DNA from: Octopus bimaculoides
Taxonomy: Eukaryota
Length of the DNA stretch: 39,743 bases
Direction of reading: 5' to 3'
Assembly (NCBI RefSeq): GCF_001194135.2
Contig: NC_068991.1
Span: 22,856,172-22,895,914 of the forward strand
Shown in pieces: positions 22,305-35,258 of this stretch; positions within the stretch are counted from its first letter, which is position 1; the number at the start of each line of letters is the position of its first letter. The translations under genes and the position numbers were made by a program. The notes beneath the pieces were generated by a model. That model searched no databases and was not told where the DNA came from. It saw only the letters and a list, made by a program, of their open reading frames with translations.

Positions 22305-23339
22305 TTGAAATTTCAATAGGCTTAATCTCTGATCATCTCCACCAGCCCTATTCTTACTATTTACATATTCCTCATTGAATTTGAAGTCAGAAAATTAATT
22401 TCTAAAGCAAAATTTTAACATTCTTAACAATTTAGCAAAACCTGCATATGAAACAAAGGTCCAAATTCAAAACCAGCCTAGAGTGATGTATATATATCAG
22501 CCATGAGCAAACTGCAGCCTACAGAACTTCCTGATTGACACACTAACAAAAAAACTACCTTGAATCTTTTTAGTAGTGCAGCCTTCCTGATGATGATCTA
22601 TGTTTCATGTCTCAAGCAGCCTGCTTCTCAAAAAAGGTTGCCAAAACTGTGGTGTGTGTGTGTGTGTGTGTATATATTTATATATATATATGTATGTATA
22701 TAGAAACAATCAGACTAGAGACAAGACAACTCAAACTATAGATACAAGCACAACAAAATACTATTAGTAATATAGAATTAAAATTGAAATTATTCTTGCA
22801 CTAACTAATCTCAGATACTCATACATGCAATCACACTTATATTTTACAACTGAAATTCAGCACCAAAAGGAAACCTTATAAGTGCTTGCTTGATATACTA
22901 GATACAGCAGTCAAATCTCCTTCAAAATCATTCCTTTCATATGATAAAGAGGAGGGATACATTGGATAATTATGTAGCTCCAGATACACTGTGTTTGAAA
23001 TAAAAGAAATAGAATGCCCTTTGATTATAGAGCAGAGGCTAAACAACAATCACTGTTGGTATTGCTTTTATGCTTTTACATGTTTGTTTATGATAGTAAC
23101 AAGGCTGTCATGCATTTGTATGGTTGTGGATTTGTGTTTCAACTGCTGGATGAAAAAAGATTTTATAGAGGTGGACTGTCACTGTGATCATCATCATCAT
23201 CATCATCATCATCATACCTTGTTTTTATTGTGGTTGTCTTCTCCACTGCTACTATCATTATTCAGTTTGTCATGCATTGTATGGGTTGGCTATATATTTT
23301 ATTTCCTAAAAGGGTTTTAAAGAGACATTAACCACAGCC

Positions 23340-23726
23340 GGTGGAGGCGCAATGGCCCAGTGGTTAGGGCAGTGGACTCACGGTCATAGGATCGCGGTTT
23401 CGATTCCCAGACCGGGCGTTGTGAGTGTTTATTGAGCGTTAACACCTAAAGCTCCACAAGGCTCCGGCAGGGGATGGTGGCGAACCCTGCTGTACTCTTT
23501 CACCACAACTTTCTCTCACTTTTACTTCCTGTTTCTGTTGTGCCTGTATTTCAAAGGGCCAGCCTTGTCACACTGTGTCACGCTGAATATCCCCGAGAAC
23601 TATGTTAAGGGTACACGTGTCTGTGGAGTGCTCAGCCACTTACACATTAATTTCACGAGCAGGCTGTTCCGTTGATCGGATCAACTGGAACCCTCGACGT
23701 CGTAAGCGACGAAGTGCCAACAACAA
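23340..23726 (+). mobile_element. tRNA-derived SINE, (AAC)n-tailed family, copy 2
   Basis: Same sequence as 6411; TSD taaccacagcc (23329-23339, 23727-23737). Confidence 0.93.
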
Positions 23727-24428
23727 TAACCACAGCCATGAGCCAAATACTGTGCTATATAAGGGTAAGAACAATGTATTTATTATACTTTCCCTGATGT
23801 AGAAACTCTTACTCTCCAACCTGAAATTTGTTTTACTCTGGACCAACTCACTGGTGCTTATCTGTTTCCTAACACAGGTACAGTGTCACACGCATTTTGG
23901 GAAGGTACAGTTGATGACCTCAAAAGTTAATCAGTACTTTGGATGAATGAAAGGCAAAGTTAACCTCAGTATGATTTGAACTCATAACATAAAGAGCAGT
24001 AACTAAATCTTTGACATTTAGCAGCTGACTTTGTAGAAACCAACAAGATTATCTACCACCTTTCCAAAACGTTGGCCACATTTTTTGAATTCAGTAACTC
24101 TACCACCCATGAACATGCTTGTAACTTTTGAAAGTATTAATGGTCAGATTGGTTGTTGGCTACCAGGACAGTGTATCTTACAGAAATTTCATGATTCCTG
24201 AAATTTACCAACACTACCCCTGACATACTTATACAACCTTTCCTCTTTAACTCTTCACTTATCTGTCTTTTTGCATTTATTTTGTGCAGAGTGCATGTAT
24301 TTTTGGTAATCTTTGCTGTCTTCCTTTATTTGACTTGTATGGCTGCTTTTTGTCCCCTTGTTTTTACCCTTTTCCAACAAGTTATAGTGCACCTGAGTAC
24401 TATTATTATTGTTGTTGTTGTTATTATT

Positions 24429-24887
24429 AAGGTGGCAAGCTGGCAGAATTCTCAACACGCCTGACGGAATTCTTAGCAGTATTTCATCTATCTTTAATGT
24501 TCTGAGTACAAATCCCACCATGGTTGACGTTGCCTTTCATCTTTTCAGAGTCGATAAAATAAGTACCAGTCAAGCCTTGGGGTCGATGTAATCAACTAGT
24601 TCCCTTCCCCAAAATTTCAGGACTTGTGCCTTTAGTAGAAAGGATTATTATTATTATTATTAAGGCAATGAGCTAACAGAACCAGTATCATGCCATGCAA
24701 AATGTTTAATGACATTTCATCCATCTTTACATTTTGAGTTCAAATTCCAGTGAGGTCACCTTTCATTTTTTCAGTGTCAATAAAATAAGTGCTAGTCAAG
24801 TACTGGGATCAATGTAATCGACTTCTCCCTTCCCTTTGAGACTGCTAGCCATGTGCCAAATTTTGAAACCATTATTATTATTATTAT
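24429..24887 (+). repeat. Head-to-tail dimer of the array SINE family
   Basis: (ATT/GTT)n, unit 24429-24643 ending tttagtagaaagg, (ATT)n, unit 24662-24870 ending aaattttgaaacc, (ATT)n. Confidence 0.9.
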
Positions 24888-25439
24888 CATCATAATATAT
24901 CTTGCCAGGCACTTCGATAATATCAATCATTCAAATGTAAAGCTAAATAATGGGAAAAGTAAAATTTGAATTTTAAACCTTCTAATCAATGATGTGGCAC
25001 CTCAACCTCTCAGCCAAAATAAGAAATTGTAACTTAAATGGAGATCAGAAAATGATCTACTTGCTTACAATTGACTAAAATATTGCTAAATTACTAAAAC
25101 ATAAAACAACTGAGGTACTTCTACCAATATTGAATGCATAAACATCCAGCCTATAGGCTTTTGTCAACTGTTAAGCACCATCTCATAAACTAAGTGAAAA
25201 TACTCTAATTACCAGAAAAGTCCTTTTCTTTTAATCATTAGATAAAGCTGAAATAAATCAATAGGTGGTGATGATCAAGTTTAGTTTTAAGGCTAGATAA
25301 GATCTAAGCAAGGCAGATGTAAATACTCATGAGTTTACCACTACACATAAAGACAGATGAATTTCAATTTAATTCTCCACAATGAGACTTCTTTAAAAAC
25401 AACTAATTTTCTTAAGCCCAGCAAAAACAGTTCATACAC

Positions 25440-26270
25440 AAGCATACACAAGTCTGCCATTCAGAGAGAAATTTTTGTTCCCAACAGAGAGAATACATGT
25501 TTAAACTTTCTCCACCCTGTTCTTACACGGGTTACTATATTTGAGAACAACCTCCAACACTACTAATTAGGCCATCTAGATAACAGAAACTACCTACCAC
25601 ATGTAGGGATCTGCCTGAGCATTTCAGAACAACTATTTCTCATGTCCTCTTAAAGTTTATTGCTCAAGCACAGTGGCCACATACAAAGTTTGCTTTCTCT
25701 GTCAATATGCCAATGATTCCATCCCATTTTTAGCTAGTACTTTTGTTTGGTTCATGCTAGGAAGGACATCTTTCTCCCAGCCATTGGTTACATCTGACAT
25801 CCTTTCATAGTAACACTTCTGTACCTTTTTCTTTTCAGGATCATTAAGTGCAAGTGCTCCATTGTCCATCCATACACACTTCTCACCCACAATGTCTTGA
25901 TTCTCTCTGGTACCTTGTCTTGCAATTTGGAATACTTCTCACCTCAGATCTGCACAGTGTAGAACATTGGCAAACCACTCATGATCTACTTCGCCCCTTG
26001 CTAAGTAAATTTGTTGCCAGCTCATCTTCTAACCATCTGGGAAAATTCTCTGCTACCCCTTTCTTTCAATTTTTCCAAGCCTGCCTCTTTGCTTTAATGG
26101 TTCTATCTACTTCACTGTCTCACCACTACATCATATTTGGTCTACCTGAAATCTTGCATCAGCTACCAACTTTGTTTGTAGCCCTCAGTAGGGTGTCCCA
26201 TAGGAACTTCCAATTGTCATCTATACAGTAAATCACTGTTTCTTCCTCCCTCTCATCAAATACTTAACTA
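25440..26270 (-). mobile_element. RTE LINE relic: APE-RT linker joined to post-RT region, RT core missing
   Basis: Minus strand DNWKFLWDTLLRAT...EVDRTIKAKRQAWK...ENQDIVGEKCV.MDNGALALND...YYERM...WEKDVLPS joins NQTKVL, then FVCGHC, VVGSFCYLD, RTGWRKFK. Confidence 0.8.
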
Positions 26271-27087
26271 GTACTTACTACTAATATTGGATTGTATGTT
26301 CTTTATTGGGGAAAAACTTGGCATTCACAACCATTTTCTGTTTCAGTTCCTATGCATGCATACATACATACATACATACATACATACATACATAAACACA
26401 CACCCACATTTATATACAAACATATATACAGATATGAGTGCATGCACACACACACACGTGTATGTGTGTCTGTGGTAAGAACTATTCAACATAAGTCAAC
26501 TAACATTCCATTATTTACAGAGATCAACTGTATTGGTTTGTAAACCTACAAAATCACTAACGTTTCTACATGAATCTACTAGCAATTCTATGCAAAACTA
26601 CTAGAAACATTTTATTTAATGGTTTTAAAAGAACTACAAATAATTCTGCAAAAAACTACAACCAGTTTTGTGGGTAAACAATGTAGTAGACAATACTTGT
26701 ATCGAAAATACTCAACATTTCTAAGGACAACCAATAATTCTATGGAAAGTGACCAACAGTAGTACACAACATAAGACCAGCTCTATATAGAACAAACAAC
26801 AATACTAAGCACTTTTACAAATGGTACTTGAAACAGAAAAAAAATGTTTAATACAAAACCACAAACCAATATTACCACCTTTGATATCCAATGCTATCAT
26901 TACAGACAGAAAAACATTAAAAAAAAAGTTCCTCACAAAATGATAAAACAATAGTTTAATATAAAAGTAATTTCAATACAAAAAAGAAAAACTTCTTACA
27001 GGTTTACATTACTGATACATGATTGATATAACTATGTAAAAACAGACAAATGCAGAAAACTGCATAACAAAATAATTTACTGATTAA

Positions 27088-27307
27088 CACTTTAGCATTT
27101 AAACCAACTATATCTGACCAAGATTATCAATCTATTTCATGTTCAAACAGACTAGATCCAGCCTCTCACACCTACCCTACAATGTCATTCTAAAAATAAA
27201 CAATCACATCATCAAAATATTGAAGCTATGGGATAATGCATGATAAATTCAAAACAATGTGAAAAAATAAGCATTACGTTTGACAGAGAAATCTTAATGC
27301 TAAAAGG
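27088..27307. mobile_element. piggyBac-type MITE, family 2
   Basis: ttaa|cactttagcatt ... aatgctaaaagg|ttat; 220 bp; interior unlike family 1. Confidence 0.6.
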
Positions 27308-28522
27308 TTATGTCATTTAAGCTATAAAAGAAAAACAATATATACAGTTATTTTCATGTGTATAGAAACTAATAATATTTTATCTCATAAATTTTAGAAG
27401 AGATTTTAAAAAACCATAAGAAGAATTTTACCATTCTGTTAACAACATTACAAACAGTTGGCATTAAAATCCACATCTGTGCTCCAAACATCATGTTGAA
27501 CATAAAGCTACACAAAACTCAGGTCTAACATTAACTTGCAAGCCACATATCCATATAAAACAAAATGCCACAGACCTATGTAAAATTACAAACCTGCAAC
27601 AACATTTTTTTTTTTTCAGAAAACCAACAATATGTACATAAATACATACATACATACACAAATATATGTGTTGTGTGTATGTATGCATATATGGAAAACT
27701 GACATCAGTTCAATAAACATAAAGGACTAGCACTACAGTTCTTCACAACACTAATATGATAGCTTTGTAGCTTTACACAATGCTTATATGTTCATTCTAC
27801 ACTACCCTAACACAGTAGTTTTACACAATACAAACACAGTCATTCTACACATACCTAATATTAGTCCAACAAAAAAACTACAAAAGCAAATAAATAAAAA
27901 CACCAACAATATATGTATGAGTATAGAACCAAAGAGAAGAGGTGAGGTTTCTGTATGTATCTACATGTATGTATATAACTGTAGGCATGTGTAAATATTT
28001 GTGTCTGTATGTATATAGAATGTTTAAGATATGTTGAGACTGTTCAATGAGCTGTGGAGAGGGGCAGGGGTATGCGCAAGCAAAGAGTGTACACAAAAGT
28101 ACAGAATACCACAAACAAATTCGTTCTGTAAACTCATTAGATAAACAAAAAATAAAATAATTCTATTTATTTGCACCACAAACGAAGGAGAAGTCAAATA
28201 ATAGAGAGTTATACATATGGAAATCCATAGGAAAAATCTCTATGCAACAGCAACATGTTTGCAATATGATTTTTTTATCACAATGTAATCACATTAATAA
28301 CATCAACTTCTTCAAGTTTTACATTTAAATATGAATTATTTCACGTTCTTACAAAATTTCTAAACACTTAAGATGCAAACAAAATTTCTATACATATATA
28401 TGTATGTGTATATGTATATATATATATATGTTATATATGTACATATGTTTATATGTATGTGTTATATACATATATACACTTCTATATATATACATATATG
28501 CTTATATATATAAACATATATA

Positions 28523-28740
28523 TATTCTTTTATTCGTTTCAGTCATTTGACTGCAGTCATGCTGGAGCACCAGCTCTCTTCGAGCAAAGGGACCACATGA
28601 CTTATTCTTTGTAAGCTTAGTACTTATTCTATCGGTTTCTCTTGCTGAACCACTAGGTGCTGGGGCCATAAACACACCAGGATCAGTTGTCAAGCAATGT
28701 TGCAGGGGGCAAACACAGACACACAAACATATACATACAA
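28523..28740 (-). repeat. 3' half of the SINE family at 32352/37351
   Basis: Reverse complement of gtgtctgtgtttg.cccc...cttgacaac...gatagaataagtact.agcttacaaagaataagtc...ctccagcatgactgcagtcaaatgactgaaac. Confidence 0.85.
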
Positions 28741-28753
28741 ACATCTATATATG

Positions 28754-28816
<63 letters not shown>

Positions 28817-28849
28817 GTATACATATTATATACATCTATATATGCTTAG

Positions 28850-29525
28850 CTGTATATATAAAAGGCAGGATATGTGTGTGTACGTGAATGTAATTTATGC
28901 ACGTCCACAAATTACCACGCATGTTACTCCAATTTTAGGAGGACATTTGTCATGACCCTATCTGCATTTTCATCAACTTTTTCTCTCAGAGGCACCCGCG
29001 TATAGCTGTAAAAATCGATTTTCAACCATAACTTTTAACAATTTTGAAGTTTGCTAACATGGCAAAGTGAAAGTGTGAGGGAGAGAGAAAGAAATTGTGT
29101 GTTGATGTGTGTGTGTGTGTGAGGGGGAGTGAAGGAGAGATAGAGATTGTTTGCCAGCATCTAACAAAAAAAAATGTAAAGAAAAAGTGGGAGAGAGAGA
29201 CAGAAAGCGTCTAACGAAAGAAAAAGTAGGTGTGAGAAGGAAGACAGAGTAAGTGTCATCATAAAATGCTTTTTTTTTTCTTAAACATGAGATATAGTTT
29301 CAAACATAGGATGTTTTCGAAAGACACTATATTTTATAATGAGATTATATATACTTTCTCACACAACAATTAGAATATATTTATTTTAAATCATTGATTT
29401 ATTTTAAATCGTTCATCTTTCTCCCCCGCTCTCACTCTCACACACACATACTACTTTGGGAGCGAAAGAGTTTTGTTTATATATCACGTCAAAGAAAAAA
29501 GTTTATTGACAATCCATTTATTTAA
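28850..29525 (+). mobile_element. Possible non-autonomous Helitron-like 5' segment, cut off by the RTE
   Basis: Begins ctgtatatataaaaggcagg followed by (GT)n, similar to TCTATATATATAAAA-type Helitron 5' ends; no 3' hairpin/CTAG found. Confidence 0.3.
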
Positions 29526-29529
29526 CAAC

Positions 29530-31820
29530 AATCAGGTCATACCCAATGACTGGTGTAGCAGCACCATAGTCAACTGCTACAAAGGTAAAGATGATGCTTT
29601 AGACACAAACAATTACAGAGGTATCAAGTTGTTGGACCAGGTAATGAAGGTCACCGAGAGGGTCATAGCCCAACAAATTAGGGAGAGAGTCAGTTTAGAT
29701 GAGATGCAATTTGGGTTCGTTCCAGGAAAAAGCACCACTGATGCTATATTTCTGGTCAGACAGCTTCAGGAGAAATACCTAGCCAAAGATAAACCTCTGT
29801 AACTGGCTTTCGTTGACATGGAGAAAGCCTTTGACAGGGTGCCCCGATCCCTTATATGGTGGTCAATGAGGAAACTAGGGATAGATGAGTGGTTAGTGAG
29901 AGCTGTGAAAGCCATGTACAGGGACACTGTCAGTAAGGTGAGGGTTGGCAGCGAGTACAGTGAAGAATTCCGGGTAGAGGTAGGGATCCACCAAGGTTCA
30001 GTCCTCAGCCCCCTCCTATTTATCATAGTCCTCCAGGCAATAACACAGGAATTCAAGACGGGATGCCCCTGGGAGCTCCTCTATGCTCATGACCTTGCCT
30101 TAATTGCAGAGTCACTATTAGAACTAGAGAAGTTTTAGAAGTTTCAGGTGTGGAAGCAAGGACTAGAATCGAAGGGCCTTAGAGTCAACCTAGCTAAAAC
30201 CAAAGTCCTAATACATAGGAAGGTAGACAATACACAAACCCCTTCAGGTAGATGGCCCTGCTTGATCCGTAGAAAAGGCGTAGGTAGAAACTCCATAAGA
30301 TGTACCCAGTGTAAGCTAAGGACACATAAGAGGTGCAGCAATATCAAAGGAAAGCTAACTAGCAAGATAGTTTTTGTATGTGGCAGATGCTCAGGAGCAA
30401 TAAACACTGAAAATGTGCAGAAAACAACCTTTGCCACACTCCAGGGAGAAAAAATAGAAGTAGTTGATAGCTTCCGTTACTTAGGTGACCAAGTCAGTAG
30501 CATGGGTGGATGCTCTGAAAGTGTAGCTGCTAGAATAAGAATAGCCTGGGCAAAGTTCAGAGAGCTCTTACCTCTGATGGTGACAAAGGGCCTCTCGCTC
30601 AGAGTAAAAGGCAGACTGTATGATGCATGTGTACTAACAGCCATGCTACATGGCAGTGAAACATGGGCCGTGACTGCTGAGGACATGCGTAAGCTTGCAA
30701 GAAACGAAGCCAGTATGCTCAGATGGATGCATAATGGCAGTGTACATACTCAACAGAGTGTAAGTACCTTGAGAGAAAAGTTAGACCTAAGAAGCATCAG
30801 TTGTGGTGTGCAAGAGAGACGATTGCGCTGGTATGGACATGTAGCAAGAATGGATGAGGATAGCTGTGTGAAAAAGTGCCACACCCTAGCAGCTGAGGGA
30901 ACTTGTGGAAGAGGTAGACCCAGGAAGACCTGAGATGAGGTGGTGAAGCACAACCTTCAAACTTTAGGCCTCACCGAGGCAATGACCAGCAACCAGGACC
31001 TTTGGAAATATGCAGTACGTGAGAAGACCCGGCAAGGCAAGTGAGAGCATAATCTGTGACCTANNNNNNNNNNNNNNNNNNNNNNNNNNNNNNNNNNNNN
31101 NNNNNNNNNNNNNNNNNNNNNNNNNNNNNNNNNNNNNNNNNNNNNNNNNNNNNNNNNNNNNNNNNNNNNNNNNNNNNNNNNNNNNNNNNNNNNNNNNNNN
31201 NNNNNNNNNNNNNNNNNNNNNNNNNNNNNNNNNNNNNNNNNNNNNNNNNNNNNNNNNNNNNNNNNNNNNNNNNNNNNNNNNNNNNGGAATTTGAAATTTG
31301 AAATCTGAAATCGAAATCGAACCGAATCCATGCCAACCTCTCCTTCATTGGACACTAAACTCTGCTTGCGAAGACCTGTTGGGGCAAGTGAAATCGAAAT
31401 CGTAATTGAACCATATTCGATGACTGGCACCTGCGCCAGTGGAGCACTAACAGCACTGTCTGAGCATGTTCATTGCCAGAGAAGCTGTCTGGCTTCCGTG
31501 CTAGTGGCCCGTAAATAGCACCATTTGAGCGTAATCGTTACCAGTGTTGCCCCTAGCACTGGTGCTGGTGGCACATTAGAAAATCATCCGAGCGAGGTCA
31601 TTGCCAGTGCTGCTGAACTGGTTCCCATGCAGGTGGCACGTAAAAAGCACCCACTACACTCTCGTAGTGGTTGGCGTTAAGAAGGGTATCCAGCTGTAGA
31701 AACTCTGCCAGATCAGACTGGAGCCTGGTACGGCCTTCTGGCTTGTCAGTCCTCAGTCAAATTGTCCAACGAATGCTAGCATGGAAAGTGGACGTTAAAC
31801 GATGATGATGATGATGATGA
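29530..31820 (+). mobile_element. 5'-truncated RTE LINE (RT pseudogene 29530-31044, 3' UTR, (GAT)n tail)
   Basis: NYRGIKLL, QFGFVPGKSTTDAIF, AFVDMEKAFDRVPR, GIHQGSVLSPLLF, LLYAHDL (YADD mutated), GLRVNLAKTK, PHD-like block, SFRYLG, ERRLRWYGHV, RGRPRKT. Stops at 29800 and 30931, small duplication/frameshift ~30130; gap 31064-31285. Confidence 0.96.
31064..31285. other. Assembly gap
   Basis: N run inside the RTE 3' UTR. Confidence 0.99.
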
Positions 31821-31920
31821 NNNNNNNNNNNNNNNNNNNNNNNNNNNNNNNNNNNNNNNNNNNNNNNNNNNNNNNNNNNNNNNNNNNNNNNNNNNNNNNN
31901 NNNNNNNNNNNNNNNNNNNN
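31821..31920. other. Assembly gap
   Basis: 100 N within the (GAT)n tail. Confidence 0.99.
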
Positions 31921-32351
31921 GATGACATAAGTAGAACAAATAAGAAGCAGCCTTACCTTCAGAATTAATAATTGTTAGTATGCTAATGTTAGGCAGCTAT
32001 TAATGTTCATCACACTGTGTATACAATACAGAGAGTACTTTTTGGACAGATGTTATTCAAATGGATGTGGTTCAGTGAAAGATAAATTTTATGTTGTCTG
32101 TATCACAACTTTATAATTTAAAACTCTAAAATAAATTTTGCGTTTAATCTTCAAGATTTCAGTTGGATTTTGGTAGTATAACTATGATTCCATGCCATCA
32201 TCATCATTTCATATCCATTTATCCATGCTCTGCATGGTATCAGTGGGCTAGTGTTGTAAAGAACTACAGTGTTACTCTTACTGTTTTTTGAACTGATTTA
32301 GTTCTCATTCGCTGCTTGCGCCCTCCTAGACAGGTCAATAAAGTGTCATTC

Positions 32352-32733
32352 AGGAGTGGCTGTGTGGTAAGTAGCTTGCTTACAAACCACATGGTTCCGG
32401 GTTCAGTCTCACTGCGTGGCATCTTGGGCAAGTGTCTCCTACTATAGCCTCGGGCCGACCAAAGCCTTGTGAGTGGATTTGGTACACGGAAACTGAAAGA
32501 AGCTTGTCGTATATATGTGTGTGTATATGTTTGTGTGTCTGTGTTTGTCCCCCCAACATCGCTTGACAACCAATGCTGGTGTGTCTACGTCCCTGTAACT
32601 TAGCAGTTCAGCAAAAGAAACCGATAGAATAAGTACTAGGCTTACAAAGAATAAGTCCTGGGGTTGATTTGCTCGACTAAAGGCGGTGCTCCAGCATGAC
32701 TACAGTCAAATGACTGAAACAAGTAAAAGAGTA
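32352..32733 (+). mobile_element. tRNA-like SINE with central (GT/AT)n, full length
   Basis: Head ggagtggctgtgtggtaag...ggttccgggttcagtctcac, central microsatellite, tail aatgactgaaacaagtaaaagag; second full copy at 37351. Confidence 0.85.
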
Positions 32734-33166
32734 TTAGACATATTTTCTATGGCTGTATGTCTTTCCAACTACTTCAAGAAATTATCATAATCTTGGTAAG
32801 ACCAAAGAGTCCTCTCCAAACTATGTTGTCTCCATTCATTTACTAAACATTTTACATAGAGTACTGGGTGCATTTTATTGAGGCATCAGTATGAGAGAGC
32901 TTGTCTTGCTCAAGGCAAGACTAAGAGGCAGCCTTTCCTATGCTGCCTTTGTTCATTCACCAATACCAAAGGGTTGTTATATTCTGAACAGATGGTAATC
33001 ATAATGTTATTCCACTCTACCTAAAAGCATTGAGTACTTTTTCACTTGCTTATAATTTATGCCAGTGTGAACACACAATTGTGTGTGTGTGAGTGTGTAA
33101 AAGCACATCTGGATTTACAAACAGGAGGAGCTTTTAAATATATACTTATGCACATACCATGCAGAG

Positions 33167-33216
<50 letters not shown>

Positions 33217-33822
33217 TTATATATATATATATATATACTGGTATAGAATTAGCAAAACAGTGACTGACAAATGTGTGTGAGAGTGTTTTATCTATTAGGT
33301 AGTTGTATTCTTCCTAGTCTAACGATTATGTGTGTGAATGTGTCCACCGTTTCAGATGTGGGAGATTGTATCTCATTAAGAAAGAGTTAGGACGGTAGCT
33401 AAGGTGATGAATAATGTTGAGTTGTTACAGAGGAAGTATTGCCTATTATAAAACTGTAAATATATTAAAGGAATGAAAACTGTAAATATATTAAGGGAAC
33501 GAAGTTGAACTATATGATGTGCTCTAGGATGTGATGCATTTTAATTGTACAATATACATGTTTTATTATTGTTTCCAGAAAGTACTATGTATTGCATGTT
33601 GAAAAATGTGTGATGTACATTTTGATGAAGTGATTTTAGTTATAATGAATTCAAGTAAATAAAAAGATCAAATATGTTGAGTGTAGCTAAAGGTTTAGCA
33701 TGGAACAAACAATGAGACATTGCATGTTTATGGCAAAAAAAAAGAGTTTAAAAGCTGTGTGGATCAAAAAAGGTTAGCAGGAGATTGATGGGGTTCAGTG
33801 AGAGGGTTGCTGTAATACATAC

Positions 33823-33856
33823 TCATTGCTTTCATGTCAACAGGAGCGGCTGCCGG
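33823..33856 (-). CDS. Candidate 34-nt exon (PAAAPVDMKAM), gene assignment unproven
   Basis: Long pyrimidine tract ttcctcttatttctcttgctctttccactttgacag|, GC/CpG-rich body, donor |gtatgt; one open frame (phase 0 to 1). No homology recognised. Confidence 0.4.
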
Positions 33857-35149
33857 CTGTCAAAGTGGAAAGAGCAAGAGAAATAAGAGGAATTTGGTAA
33901 CAGCTCCATGCTCTGTGTATCATCATAGCATTTAGTAAAAGACTGACTAAAAGCAAAACAGCCAACAAGGGACATTACAGAATGGCAAACAAATGTTAAA
34001 GGGTCAAGGGAAACACATAACAAACTTTAACAACGATCACATCAATAGCAATGCATATTAGTAAAGATTCAAACTAGAGAACAGAAAGTAAATCAAAGTA
34101 AGTTGGTTTTTGTTTCCAGTAGACAAAATATCATTAAATTGACTGGGAATTTCTTATTAGTAATTGTTCTGCAAACATAATTGTTTGTATGGTGTTCTTT
34201 TAGTTGGTATTTTGTAGCACTGTTCAACTATTCTCAAGTAGGAGGCCAAAAGCAGAGAGGCAACCAACTGAATACTTAAAGGCAATCCACTGATCAAGCA
34301 ATTGTGAGGTACCATACTTGCGAGGTACCACACCACAGTCTGCAAAACAATGGTTGGTTGTATGAATGACAGTATCTGGATATATTATTTAAAATGAAGA
34401 GAGAAAGTTCTAGAGTGTTGAGTACTGTGAAGCAGTCAGGGAATGTTAGGCAGGACACATCATGGGAATAAATGAATGTTTCATCAGTTTTGCTCCTTAT
34501 TTCCATTCACATATAATCAAATATTCTGAAAGGGAGGAGGGCTGTGTTCATGGTGAGATTCCCAAATCAACATAGTGAATTTGCTAGAAAATGGAAACAA
34601 ATCTACATAAAAAGCAAAAAAATAAATAAATAAATAAATTTTTAAAAAAAGCATTTTGTAAATTTTATAGTTTGGGTAATTTTTTTATACTTTGTTAAAA
34701 TTTAAACTGCATCAGATATGGCCATGCTGGAGTAGTCATATGTTGGTGGGGTTTTCCATGGAAATACTTCAGATTTCATATATACATATGTCACAATAGA
34801 AATATATTTCTCAAAAGAAATCCTTGAAAAAGAGCAATAAATTTCATACAAGTTAGCAAGATGAGATTCCATGCAGCTAAATGAGACAAGAAATATTAAG
34901 TAATTTAATTAGACACATTGAATCTAACTTTAGACAGTACTCCATGCATGTATTAAAAGAAACTTTTAAAATAATCCATATTTCCAAACTGATAACAGAA
35001 TCTTATGAATTAGAGAAAATGGTACACACACATGCACACACAGATCAATCTACAATCTACTTTCTTACTGTCAATCAAACTACAAATAGTATTCCACCAA
35101 ATGTACTTGGAGAGTGCCCTTTCTTTCATTTGTCCACTCACTCATATAT

Positions 35150-35225
35150 NNNNNNNNNNNNNNNNNNNNNNNNNNNNNNNNNNNNNNNNNNNNNNNNNNN
35201 NNNNNNNNNNNNNNNNNNNNNNNNN
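35150..35225. other. Assembly gap in (TA)n
   Basis: N run. Confidence 0.99.

Positions 35226-35256
<31 letters not shown>

Positions 35257-35258
<2 letters not shown>

Noticed and set aside
25848-26231. 127-aa + strand ORF
   Set aside because: Antisense shadow of the minus-strand RTE linker; similar shadows overlap the other RTE copies.
26876-26893. 18-nt AG/GT-bounded micro-exon candidate (ALDIKG) on minus strand
   Set aside because: Moderate splice sites of this kind arise by chance in 40 kb; no homology.
31286-31325. (GAAAT[C/T])n hexamer run as telomere-like or satellite repeat
   Set aside because: Short, inside the RTE 3' UTR and cut by a gap.
32903-32947. Two adjacent short hairpins (gtcttgc/gcaagac; ggcagc/gctgcc)
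   Set aside because: 6-7-bp stems, no RNA family signature; could be chance.
33451-33502. 26-bp tandem duplication
   Set aside because: Two units only; ordinary slippage product.
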